Source of the DNA: Felis catus
Taxonomy: Eukaryota
DNA length: 64,000 nt
Assembly: GCF_018350175.1 (NCBI RefSeq)
Contig: NC_058368.1
Location: 220,660,001-220,724,000 of the forward strand
Direction of reading: 5' to 3'
The position numbers and the translations under genes are program-made. Below, piece after piece: positions 1-10,473 of this stretch (positions within the stretch are counted from its first letter, which is position 1; each line of letters starts with the position of its first letter). The notes below the pieces were generated by a model. It searched no databases and was not told the DNA's origin. It saw nothing but the letters and a program-made list of their open reading frames with translations.

Positions 1-613
1 GGCGGTGCTCTGGTGGGAAGGGCGAATCCCCAGGAACAGAGTGGGGTCTGGGAGGTTCTCGGGCCACACGGGGAAAAGCAGTTCCACTGCTGGAAGGACA
101 TGTGGTAGAGACTGTTGAAGCCACCTGGTCCCAGCAGACCCCAGAAAACGGCCACAATCACTGGAGCTGCAACAAGGTCCTTAAGGTTGAAGGCTGGTGC
201 CAGATGTGTGTTGTGATTTTCCATACTCACTGAAAAGCTGCTTCTACGAACTGCTGCTATCTCGTAAACTTTTTCTGGGGCAGGCTGGCACCTGGCCGCA
301 GTCTCGGGGCACCGGCAACAGCAGGGTCCAGCTGCTGTTGGGGGGCATTCCTGGGTGCAGCTGACATTCGGCCACTGCTCATTCGGCCTTTGCTCAGTGA
401 GACCCTCCCGCACAGGGGTGGAACCGGTCAAAGCTGCAGTCCTTCGGAAGTAAGGGGCCTGGGAAAACAGCCGCATCTGAGACAAAACTCGGGAGAGAGG
501 TACTGCCTGGGGCCTGGTCACGGAGAGAGGAAAAGCGGGAGTGGATGAGAGCTGAAGACAGAGGACCAGTGCGCGATTGCCGATCCAGGAGAACAGATTG
601 GGTGGCTGGATGG

Positions 614-695
614 CGCCATTTTTCACTGCTCCCGCGCATGCGCACTCGAGCACCACAGCAATCCACCTCAGTAGGCTAGCAGCGCCATCTAGTGG
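614..695. promoter_or_regulatory. Motif cluster in L1 5'UTR: YY1-like CGCCATTTT (614-622), NRF1 palindrome GCGCATGCGC (634-643), CTCF-like AGCGCCATCTAGTGG (681-695)
   Basis: Direct matches to well-known consensus motifs within 80 bp of CpG-retaining L1 5'UTR. Binding is not demonstrated. Confidence 0.5.
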
Positions 696-899
696 AGAGC
701 GGAGCTGTTACACCGAGGCCTGCCCAACTGGGCCAACTTTCCTCTTCAAGAACACAAACCTCACTGCTGGCTTAATTTATGGACTATAAAGAGATACATG
801 GACTGACCTCTAGGGGAAAACGAAGCAATTTCCGTCCTACTTCAATCTGTTAGCAGGATCATCTATTCAATTTTTTTTTCCTCTCTCTTTTTCCTTTTT

Positions 900-1560
900 C
901 CCTTTTACAATTCTTTTCTTTTTCTTGAATACAGAAAGAGAAAAAACTCATTTTTATTTTCAATTTCTATTAAAAATATCTGTCTTTAATTTTTATTACT
1001 ATATTTTTTACTTTTGTGTAATTTTTTTCAAATTCTACTTTACTTCCATCATTTTATTTTAGCCTGCTTCAGTGTACTCACCTTGTCAAATTTTCAATTT
1101 TCTTTTTTACTTTTTCTTTTTTTCTCTTTTTCATTTCTTTTCTTTTTCTTGAATTCAGAAAGAGAAAAACTTCACTTTTACTTTCAATTCCTTTAAAAAA
1201 TATTTTTATTTAATTTTTATTACTATATTTTTTGCTTTTATGTAATTTTTTTCAAATTCTATCTTTCTCCCATCATTTTATTTCAGTCTACTACAGTGTA
1301 TTCACTTTTTCAAATTTTCAAATGATTTCTTTTTTTTGTCTTTTCTTTTTTCTTTTTTAATCTTTTTTCTCTTTTTTCACTTATTTTCTTTTTTCTTAAA
1401 TACCAAAAATGAAAAAATTCATATTTCTTTTTAATTATTATTAAAAATATTTTTCTATAATTTTTTCTACTATATTCTCTAATTTTGTGTATTTTAGTCT
1501 ACTTTAGTGTATTCGTTTTTTCAAATTCTCAAATGATTTGCTTTTTTTTCTCTCCCCCCC
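900..1560 (+). repeat. AT-rich tandem repeat in L1 5'UTR, about 3 units of ~225-245 bp
   Basis: Variants of the unit ...gaaagagaaaaa..cattttt..ttattactatatttttt..ttcaaattcta..ttcagtgta.. recur starting near 930, 1155 and 1400. Confidence 0.8.
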
Positions 1561-1764
1561 TTTTTTTTTGTTTTTTTTTGGGGGGGATTTTGTTTGTTTG
1601 TGTCTCTAATCTGTCAAACCACTTTCTACACCCAGACCAAAACACACCTAGGATCTAGCGTCATCTATTTGATTTGTGTGTGTGTTTTTAATTTTTAATA
1701 TTTTTTAATTTTATTTTTTTAATTTCAATCTTTCTACCTCATTAATTCCTTTTCTCCCTTCAAA

Positions 1765-2566
1765 ATTACAAAACAAAGGAATTCACCCCAAAAGAAAGGG
1801 CACGACGAAACAACAGCCAGCGATTTAACCAACCCAGACACAAGCAAGATGTCTGAACCAGAATTTAAAATCACGATAATAGGAGTACTAGCTGGAGTTG
1901 AAAATAGATTAGAATCGCTTTCTGCAGAGATAAGAGAAGTAAAAAATAGCCAGAATGAAATTAAAAATGCTATAACTGAGCTGCAATCATGGATTGCATG
2001 ATTAGATGGATACAGCAGTGTCAAGGCTGGACAAGGCAGAACAGACAATTGGCGATATAGAGGACAAACTTATAGGGAATAATAAAGCAGAAAAAAAGGA
2101 GGGAGATTAAGGCAAAAAGAGCACGATTTAAGAATTAGAGAAATCAGTGACTCATTAAAAAGGAACAACATCAGAATCATAGGGGTTCCAGAGAAGGAAG
2201 AGAGAGAAATAGGGGTAGAAGGGTTATGTTAGCAAATCATAGCAGAAAACTTTTCTCACCTGGGGAAAGACACAGACATCAAAATCCAGGAAGCACAGAG
2301 GACCCCCCACTAGATTCAACAAAAACCGACCATCAACAAGGCATATCATAGTCAAATTCACCAAATACTCAGGCAAGGAAAGAATCATGAAAGCAGCAAG
2401 GGAAAAAAAGTCCCTAACCTACAAGGGAAGACAGATCAGGTTTGCAGCAGAACTATCCACAGAAACTTGGCAGGCAGAACGGAGCGGTGGGATATATTCA
2501 GTGTGCTGAATCAGAAAAATACGCAGCCAAGAATTCTTTAACCAGCAAGGCTGTCATTCAAAATAG
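1765..2566 (+). pseudogene. L1 ORF1 remnant (start codon mutated to ATT, frameshifts, truncated)
   Basis: Homologous to the ORF1 fragments translated from the second copy (QEAQRTP.RFNKNRPSTRHIIVKF, LTYKGRQIRFAA.LS). ATT at 1765 corresponds to the ATG of copy 2. Confidence 0.85.
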
Positions 2567-2888
2567 TGATGTACTTCCATACATCACTCACTGTAACTTC
2601 TAAGATTCCCTAAAATCACCTTTTAATTCTTGAATTATCTTGCATGATGCACATGAACTCTTACAAATTATTAAAATGGATTCACATGAACTCATAAATT
2701 ATTGAAATGATTTTCTAACAATTTTCTTTAATTCCACTTCCATCCTTATATTGTTCATAAAGCAACTAAATTGAACTTTGAAAAAATATAGCATAGATGA
2801 TGAAGCTTTCTAGTCTAAGTCCTGCAATGACCTCCATTATACATCAAATAAAGTGCAAGTCCTTGGTCTTGGCCTACAAATCCCTTCT

Positions 2889-3481
2889 GTTTTTCTTTTT
2901 GTTTGTTTGTTTGTTTTTTGTTTTTATTCAAAGGGTTACATGTACTCTTGTGTTTCTAGCAGCATTATTTACAATAGTCAAGATATGGAAGCAGCCCAAG
3001 TGTCCATCAATAGATGAATGGATAAAGGAGATGTGTTATATATACATATATATGTACATATAAATAATGGAATATTACTCAGCCATAAAAAGAATGAAAT
3101 CTTGCCATTTGTAATGACATGGATGCAACTAGAGAGTATAATCCTAAGTGAAATAGGTCAGCCAGAGACAAACACCATATGATTTCACTCATATGTAGAA
3201 TTTAAGAAACAAAACAAACAAGCAAAGAGGAAAAAAATAGCGAGAAGGAGACAGAGAGAGAGAGAGAGGGAAGTCAAGAAACAGACTCTAAGCTATAGAG
3301 AACAAACTGATGGTTACCAGAGGGGAGATGCATGAAGGGGGATGGGTGAAACAGGTGATGGGATTAAGGAGAGCACTTGTGATGAACACAGAGTGATGTA
3401 TGGAAGTGTTGTATATATCTGAAACTAAGATAACACTATATGTTACTAAGTGGAATTCAAATTCAAACTTAAAAAAAAAAA
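2889..3481 (+). mobile_element. 5'-truncated older carnivore L1 3' end with poly(A), 11-bp TSD and 5' T-rich tract
   Basis: ORF2 C-terminal motif (FLAALFTIVKIWKQPKCPSIDEWIKEM), L1 3'UTR and A-run 3471-3484. TSD aaatcccttct at 2878-2888 and 3482-3492. Confidence 0.9.
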
Positions 3482-3805
3482 AAATCCCTTCTTGATGTTA
3501 CCCATGGCCACAGCACAACATCATCAGCACTACACTCAGTCCCTATTTCAAAACCTGTGGTTCCATCCCTCCTCCTCCAAAAGCTAAGCTCTCAGCTCAG
3601 TCTCCCCCTGGTCTTTGTGTTTACAGCTTCTCCATGTGGAATACTCTTCCTCTGGCATCTTCATGTATCTCACTTCATTCAAACTTTCCTTCAAATATGT
3701 CCTCATCATAGAGGGTTTTAATTATGACTCTACGTAAGATGTTTGCCCTCACATTTTGTCCACCCCATTCCATGCTTTATTTTGCTTCATCAAAACTAAT
3801 ATTAT

Positions 3806-4163
3806 TGTTACAAATTGTGTTTCCCCCAAATTTGTATGTTGAAGCCCTAATGTAACTATATTGGGTAATAGGGTCTTTAAGGGGTACTAAAGGCTAAATG
3901 AGGTTGTAAGGCTGGGACTCCAATCCAAGAGGACCGGTGCTCTAACAAGAGGAAAAGGAGACACTAGGGTTGTGCACGCAGAAGCAGGCCATGAGAGGAC
4001 ACAATGAGAAGGCAGCTATCTGCAAGCCAAGAAAAAGGCACTGGAAAACAACTGTGCCAGCAACTTGATCTTCATATTCTAGCCTTCGGAACTCTGAGAT
4101 CATAAATTTCTGTTGTTTAAGCTCCACTGTATTCTGTTATGGCAGCCTTAGCAGATTAATACA
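3806..4163 (+). mobile_element. MaLR solo LTR (MLT1A/B-like)
   Basis: TG...CA ends, with tgttgaagccctaa, ttgatcttcatattctagcc and tgttatggcagccttagcagattaataca. Perfect 5-bp TSD attat (3801-3805, 4164-4168). Confidence 0.88.
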
Positions 4164-4419
4164 ATTATACTTTTGTTTACAGCATTTTCCTATTCACATA
4201 ATCATTAATATGCAGTTACTTTCCCCTTTTATTCACTACTTTATAGCCAATGTATGCTATAATGATGGAGGAACAAATTAATAAATAAGTGAATGAAATA
4301 AAAAAAAAAGCTTAGGAGACTTTTATAATTCAGAAATTTGCCAAGCTTTCTCAAGATGCAGTATTTTGTCTCCCTTTCCATATCATTTTCTGATATCTCC
4401 TGCTAGGCAGTAGGTGAGC

Positions 4420-4950
4420 GCTTACAATTTCCAGTCATGTGTCTCACCTCTGGGAAATGTGCTTTTATCATTTTGTTGATAAGTTTCTCCTTTCCATTTC
4501 CTCCATTGTCCTTTTCAGCAATTCTTTTTAGATGAATGCTAAGCCTTTTAAATTAATGATTCATGTCTCTCAACGTTCCCTTCATATTGCTTATCTCTGT
4601 TTCTTTTTTTGCTCTACATCTGGGAGTTTTCCCCAATTTTTTTCTTCTAGCCTTTCTATTAAATATTTTATTTAAGCAATCATATTTTTAATATCTAAGA
4701 ACTCACTCACCAGCTGTCATTTCTCCTTTTTATAAGCCTATTCCAATTTTATGTATCCAATATCTTCCTGAGCCTCTCTGAAGCTACTAATTAGAATTCC
4801 TTTAAATTATTTTCTATTTCCTAATTTTGTTCTGCATCATGGAAGTTATTTTGTATGTTTCATTGGAGTTGTTTTGTTTCTGAATTTGTGCTTTTATTAT
4901 CCTGAAATGTCTTATAATTGTTGCTTGCCCATCCGTATTTATGAATTAAG
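4420..4950 (-). mobile_element. Ancient L1M/HAL1-like fragment
   Basis: T-rich decayed sequence with ORF1-region-like motifs (ctgggaaat..cttttatcattt..gataa..tttctcc). Confidence 0.4.
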
Positions 4951-4971
4951 ATTTAAAGCGTTTAACATCAA

Positions 4972-5205
4972 GTGGAACTTGGGTGGCTTAGTTGGCTGGA
5001 CTGAGCTTCTGACTCTAGATTTCAGCTCAGGTCATGGTCTCAGGGTCGTGGGATCAAGCCCTGTGTCGGGCTCTGTGCTGAGCATAGAGCCTGCTTAAGA
5101 TTCTCTCTCTCTTTCTCTCTCTCTGTCTCTCACTCTCTCTCTCCCCAATGGCTCTCTCCCTCACTTGTGCCCTCTCTCTCTAAAATAAATAAATAAATAA
5201 ATTGA

Positions 5206-5244
<39 letters not shown>
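4972..5244 (+). mobile_element. Can-SINE (older type)
   Basis: tRNA-derived head, (CT)n and (AAAT)n tail. TSD aaag(c/t)gtttaacatca. Confidence 0.92.
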
Positions 5245-5245
<1 letters not shown>

Positions 5246-5329
5246 AAAGTGTTTAACATCAGGCACCATGTGGATTTCTTCACCAGTTGTGCTAATATAT
5301 TTAGCAGAAGGTCTCTGCCCAGTGGGGAG

Positions 5330-5569
5330 TTTTTTTTGTTTTGTTTAATGTTTTTATTTAGTTTTGTGAGAGAGAGACAGAGAGAGGCAGAAAGAGAGAC
5401 AGAGAGAGAGAGAGAGAATATGGGCGGGGGAGGGGCAAAGAGAGATGAGACACAGAATCCAAAGCAGGCTGTCAGCACAGAACCTGATGCAGGGCTGGAA
5501 CACAAAAACCATGAGATCGTGACCTGAGCCAAAGTTGGATGCTTAACTGACTGAACAACCCAGGCTCCC
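5330..5569 (-). mobile_element. Can-SINE
   Basis: T tail, (GA)n, and gacctgagccaaagttggatgcttaactgactga...caggctccc. Confidence 0.92.
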
Positions 5570-6254
5570 TAGTCGGGGAATTTGACAAAGGTTTATGTGT
5601 TTGCAAGCAAGGTGTGAAGATTGGCAGGGTTTATGTATGGCATAGGGACAAAGCAAAAAGGCTGGGCACCTCAGTTCAAGTTTTTTCTTTCCCTATTCCT
5701 GTATGTTTTACAAACATCTCCTATGAATGTTCTGGGCTGAAGCATCTTTGACTGCCTCTGCTTTGAGTGCCAGTTACTTCATCTCCTCAAATTCCTAAAA
5801 CATATCAAAATATCTGGTCTGATAATGTTCCTCCTGTTTTTGATATTTAACTTATCTTCAGGAAAGATTGAAGCTGATTTTGATTGCAATGTGACCAAAT
5901 GTGTTCCTCTTGAAAAAAAAAAAAGGTGCTAATTTCTGAGGTGAAATTCATGTACAAACCTACCTTCAAGAAAATGATGCATGATGGCTTTCTCTCTGGC
6001 TTCACCTCTCCTAACTAAGCAACTTCACTGAAATCAGAAACATGGATGCTCTTTACATTTGGGAACCCAAACACCTTTCTCTATTCCTTTGAGAAATAAA
6101 AGAGCATCAGTAAAGGGGCAGAAATTAGGGAAGGCAGAAGAATGAACATCATTTGTGCTACGTGATTCGTTGTTTATCCTTTTCTTTCTCTAGCCTACGT
6201 ACTATTTGAGAGCAGTGCCTGAACAATGTGAAATTCACCAACGACACAGTCTTG

Positions 6255-6450
6255 GGTAAAAGCAAACCCAGTGTGTCCTTTTCTTGCTCTGTCATTTATG
6301 GGTGAATCAACTTGGGTGAATGTTACATGTCTCTTGTAGAAAAAATAAATAATATCAACTCCAAAAGTGGGATATGATGATTAAATACTTATGAGTAAAT
6401 TGCTTTACCTAGTGCCATCTACAAATAAGTGGTAAATAAATACTAATATT
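6255..6450 (+). mobile_element. MIR fragment
   Basis: Decayed MIR-like core and tail (ctctgtcattta..cttgggtgaa..gattaaat..gtaaattgcttt..tagtgcc..aataaat). Confidence 0.45.
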
Positions 6451-7239
6451 GCAAGTCATCAGATATAGTGCTGTGCTATAAGCAGACCAGTTACTTCATA
6501 AATGTCTACTGAATGGGGAAAGAAAACACACTCTACATTCTACATAACTAATCGGGAAGTGGCTCAAAATCCCTGATGAGTGAGCAAAAAAATATAATGC
6601 CATGTTAAATTGATGACAATGCCAGTATGGCAGTTGTACTAAACAATTAAATCCTTAAGCTGTAACAGGTTCTGTAATACATTGAAAATTAAGAGATTGC
6701 ATTGACTTCCATTTCTATACAGCGACATCCATGATGCTTTTATTTTGTCTTCCTTCTAAGAACTTATTTAAATGAAAAAAGTAACTAACTGGATTAATAT
6801 CACAGAAATAAAAGAAAACGAGAGCAGGCAAAAGATAACATCGAACTTACGGAAGATATCCTGAGAAAGGAGGGTGATAACCACTGAGTCTGAGGGAATG
6901 AATTCAGGGTCTAAAGTAAATGAAGCCAAGAGAAGGAAACTCATTGGCCATACAGAATGCCAGGGAAACTTTGAACACAACGTAAGTAGTGAGGGCAGGA
7001 AGAAAAAGGAAGAGTAGAAATAGTGGGTTTGCTAAATGCTGGTTATGCAAAAACCGGGCCAACTCTACCCCTAAACACGTATTTACAGCTTGAGCATTTT
7101 TCATGGATCATAGTAGCCCCAGGTAAACCCCGTCCATAAGTTTCTCTCTCCCTTTTACCAACCCTGTAGTGCAAAATACTAACTGGCATTACCAATATAC
7201 AATAAAGAGTTTTCAATTATTTTATTTTCCTACTTGAGG

Positions 7240-8560
7240 GTAACAATTAGTGGGTAATAATGTATATAAAGAATATATAAAGAAAATATAATAGCAAATA
7301 TAAAACAAAGAAAATCCAATCATCTATTCAGGAACAATTAAGCAAGTCATTTTAAAGATACATGGACAATCAAAATCACAATACTCTGGGAAAAGAAAAC
7401 AAAAACTTAGTATAAAATATCAAGAAATATTTAACAAAATATTTAATGGGATAAGTCAGAGAGCAAAACAGAATAATTTCCTTAAAATGCATTATAGCGT
7501 CCTCAAATTCAATAATACTTTATTTACAAAGCAAAACAAGATCCTAGGGAAAAATGAACATTTAGAAAAATTGAACAATAGAAAAAGCTCATAATAAATT
7601 AGGAGAAATATGGTAATACAGCAGCTCTTGGAAAAATATCAAGACTATTGCTCTGGGCGTCAGATAAAAAGCCAAGTAAATAAAAATATTGAGGAACAAA
7701 TGAATATATAGAACAAAATTGAAAAGGTAAACATTAGATGAAGGGGGAGAATTATAGCATGATACAATTGTTTCTGAAAAGAAAAATATAAATATCAATG
7801 TAAGTGTTAAAACAAATGAACAAACAGATTTTTAAAAAGACAAGATAAGAAGAAGAAAACTTGCACTTAATGCAGCTTGGTAATATTTGAAAACTACAAG
7901 TTTCCGAAAATGGCCTAAGGACTTCAAGAGAATCAATCAGTTCATCTATACAAGGAAAAGAATAATAACATTAGATTTTTCATCACAAACTTGGAAGTTG
8001 AAAGATCACTTTGAATTCAAAGGAGAAAAAAATATACAAAGCAATATCATATATGAATCCAAATTATCACATAAGAATGGAAACAAAATAAAAATGCATT
8101 TATATTTTTAAGGACTACCCTGAGTTTATCTAAAAAAAATGATGGTACAGGGGTGCCTGGGTGGCTCAGTCCGGTTGAGCATCTGACTTCGGCTCAGGTC
8201 ATGATCTCAGGGTCTGTGAGTTCGAGCCCCGCGTCAGGCTCTGTGCTAATGGCTCAGAGCCTGGAGCCTGCTTCAGATTCTATGTCTCCTTCTCTCTCTC
8301 TGCCCCTCCCCCGCTCATGCTCTGTCTCTCTCTGCCTCTCAAAAATAAATAAATGTTAAAACCCTTCTTTAAAAAAATTAAAATAAATTTAAAAAATTTA
8401 AAAATGACGGTGCAAAACAAGAGAAACGGACATGGAGGATACAAGATAGTGTGAAACTGGTCCATGAGTTCTTTCATGACAGCACACCTAGAAAATAATA
8501 AGTCAAAATTACATGAAATATCAGCAGACTCTAAAGTCAGTGCTATCAAGAAGAATAGAG
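7240..8560 (+). mobile_element. Ancient L1M ORF1-region fragment, interrupted by a SINE
   Basis: A-rich, with motifs such as tacaaggaaaagaataataacattagatttttcatcacaaac and caatatcatatatgaatccaaattatca typical of decayed ORF1 C-termini. Confidence 0.5.
8150..8399 (+). mobile_element. Can-SINE (felid type)
   Basis: ggggtgcctgggtggctcagt head. TSD aaaaatga(t/c)ggt(a/g)ca. Confidence 0.95.
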
Positions 8561-8568
8561 TGGATTAC

Positions 8569-8787
8569 GTGATAGATTGCAATCATGACATCGTTTCCTT
8601 ACCCTTTCCTGGATTCACTGTCTTTACAGTACAACATTGCTGTGCCCTTCCTCCCTGGGAAGGCTATCCTGCCCAGCATTAGACTCTGGGCTCAGCCATG
8701 AACACCGTTTTGACAAATGGGATGTAAGTAAATGTGACACAAGCAGAGACTTGAAAAACAACTTCACATAGAGACTTGATCTCTCCA
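8569..8787 (+). mobile_element. MLT1F/G-like LTR fragment
   Basis: gtgatagattgcaa... and aatgtgacacaagcagagacttgaaaa motifs. Confidence 0.55.
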
Positions 8788-8809
8788 AGAATTATAGGTC
8801 AATTTCAAA

Positions 8810-9614
8810 ACCTTTTACATCAGCGTAATTGGTGTTCCAGAAGAGGAAGAGACAACAGAGGAAGAAATTAGAAGTAATATTTGAAGTATAACGGCCAAAA
8901 ATGTCTCAAAATTAATGATGTTACTCATCAGCAACCCACACAAATAAGACAGTGGAATGAAATATTTGAAGTTCTGGGGGGAAAAGCTTAGCATTCCACA
9001 TCCAGAAAAAAAATAGCCTTCAAAAGAGGAGAACTGATAAGTTTCTAGAGAAACAGAACCAGAGAAAATGATTGCTTATGGATCACACCTGCCTCACAAG
9101 AAATATTAAAAAATCAAAACAAAACAAAACAAAACACCATTTCTTTAGGAGAAGGAAAATGATATAGATGAGAAATTCACATCCGTATAAAGAAAGGTAG
9201 AGCATTAGAGAAGGAATAAATGAAGGTAAAATAAAATCTTCTATTTTTCTTATTTTTAAATGAGTAAAGGATAACTTTTGCTTAAAATAACAGTAACAAT
9301 ATGTTGGATGATTATATCATACGGAGTAATGGAAAGAATGACAGCAATGTCGTAAAGGGTAGGAAGGAAGAATTAAGACTACTCTGGTGTCAGTTACCTG
9401 CACTACACATGAAGCACATATTATTTGGAAAGGCTTAGATTAGTTAAGAATATGTATTAGGAGGGCGCCTGGGTGGCTCAGTCAGTTAAGTGTCTGACTC
9501 TTGATTTCAGCCCAGGTCATGATCTGTTGGTTATGAGATCAAGCCCCACATTAGGCTCTGCTCTGGGTGTGGAGTCAGCTTGGGAGTCTCTCTCTCCCTC
9601 TGCCTCTTTCTGTC

Positions 9615-9650
<36 letters not shown>

Positions 9651-9770
9651 CAAAAACAAAAAAACAAAACAAAACAAAAATGCATTGAGAACTGAATGGC
9701 AACCACTAAAAGCAATTTAAAAGAGGTATTACTGACATGCTAAGAGAGAGGATAAAATGGAATCAAATCA
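8810..9770 (+). mobile_element. Old L1M (ORF1 end / inter-ORF) fragment, interrupted by a SINE
   Basis: taattggtgttccagaagaggaagag, agacagtggaatgaaatatttgaagttctg, gaaggtaaaataaaatcttctatttttcttattttta and gcaaccactaaaa. Confidence 0.65.
9460..9680 (+). mobile_element. Can-SINE with long A / (CAAAA)n tail
   Basis: gggcgcctgggtggctcagtcagttaag head, short (CT)n, and an A-run of ~30 nt. Confidence 0.92.
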
Positions 9771-10252
9771 CTGCATGAAAAAGTAAAAGCAACATTTCTT
9801 TGTCTTGAACATTGCTGTTACCCTACAATCTGTATAAATCCTATCTTATAGAATAGAGTAATATATATGCCTGTAGTGAATAAGTCTGTGAGTCACAGAC
9901 AAGGGTTATATAAAATTTTGTCAGCTTGACGAATACAGTTGTCAGATTTATAGAAAGTATAAAATGACTAAAAATTATTTAAAAGAAATATTAGTTATGG
10001 GTGTTTCAGAAGAAGAAACTTATTTTTTTAATAAAGAAATTACTACAATACCCTGTACACACACACACACATACATACACTAACCAAAGTGATTTGCTTA
10101 AAGCAAGAAACACAAGAATTTTTTTCAGCTATTTTTTTCTCATTTTAAGAGGTCAATATTTGTAGAGAAAACGACTGTCTCTGTTTCATAAATATTCATC
10201 AAATTAAATTTCTTAAAATAACATTGTAGTTTTAATCATAAAACTACAGTCA

Positions 10253-10473
10253 GGATGCCTGGGTGGCTTAGTTGGTTGAGCGACTGACTTCAGCTCAGGT
10301 CATGATCACACGGCTTGTGAGTTTGAGCCCCATGTCAGGCTTTCTGCTGACAGCTCAGAGCCTGAAGCCTGTTTCTGATTCTGTGTCTCCCTCTCTCTCT
10401 GCCCCTCCCCCACTCGCATTCTGTCTCCCTCTGTCTCACAAATAAACATTAAACAAAAAACTTTTTTAAATAA
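10253..10473 (+). mobile_element. Can-SINE
   Basis: Perfect TSD taaaactacagtca on both sides. Confidence 0.95.

Larger units (their letters stand above)
1..2566 (+). mobile_element. Carnivore/felid LINE-1, 5' portion (5'UTR + most of ORF1), 3'-truncated; its 5' end lies upstream of the window
   Basis: GC-rich 5'UTR, then an AT-rich tandem block, then ORF1-like sequence. It aligns by eye to the reverse complement of ~18155-20600. Homology stops abruptly after ...ctgtcattcaaaatag (2566), where the second copy continues aaggagagataaaaag. Confidence 0.93.
2760..4300 (+). mobile_element. Ancient L2 3' fragment, interrupted by an L1 3' end and an MLT1 LTR
   Basis: L2-like motifs: caaataaagtgcaagtccttggtcttggcctacaa, ggaatactcttcc, and a terminal aataaataagtgaatgaa. 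Highly diverged. Confidence 0.55.

Noticed and set aside
900..1560. Regularly spaced repeats resembling a CRISPR-like array
   Set aside because: These are long degenerate AT-rich tandem units without unique spacers, inside a mammalian L1 5'UTR.
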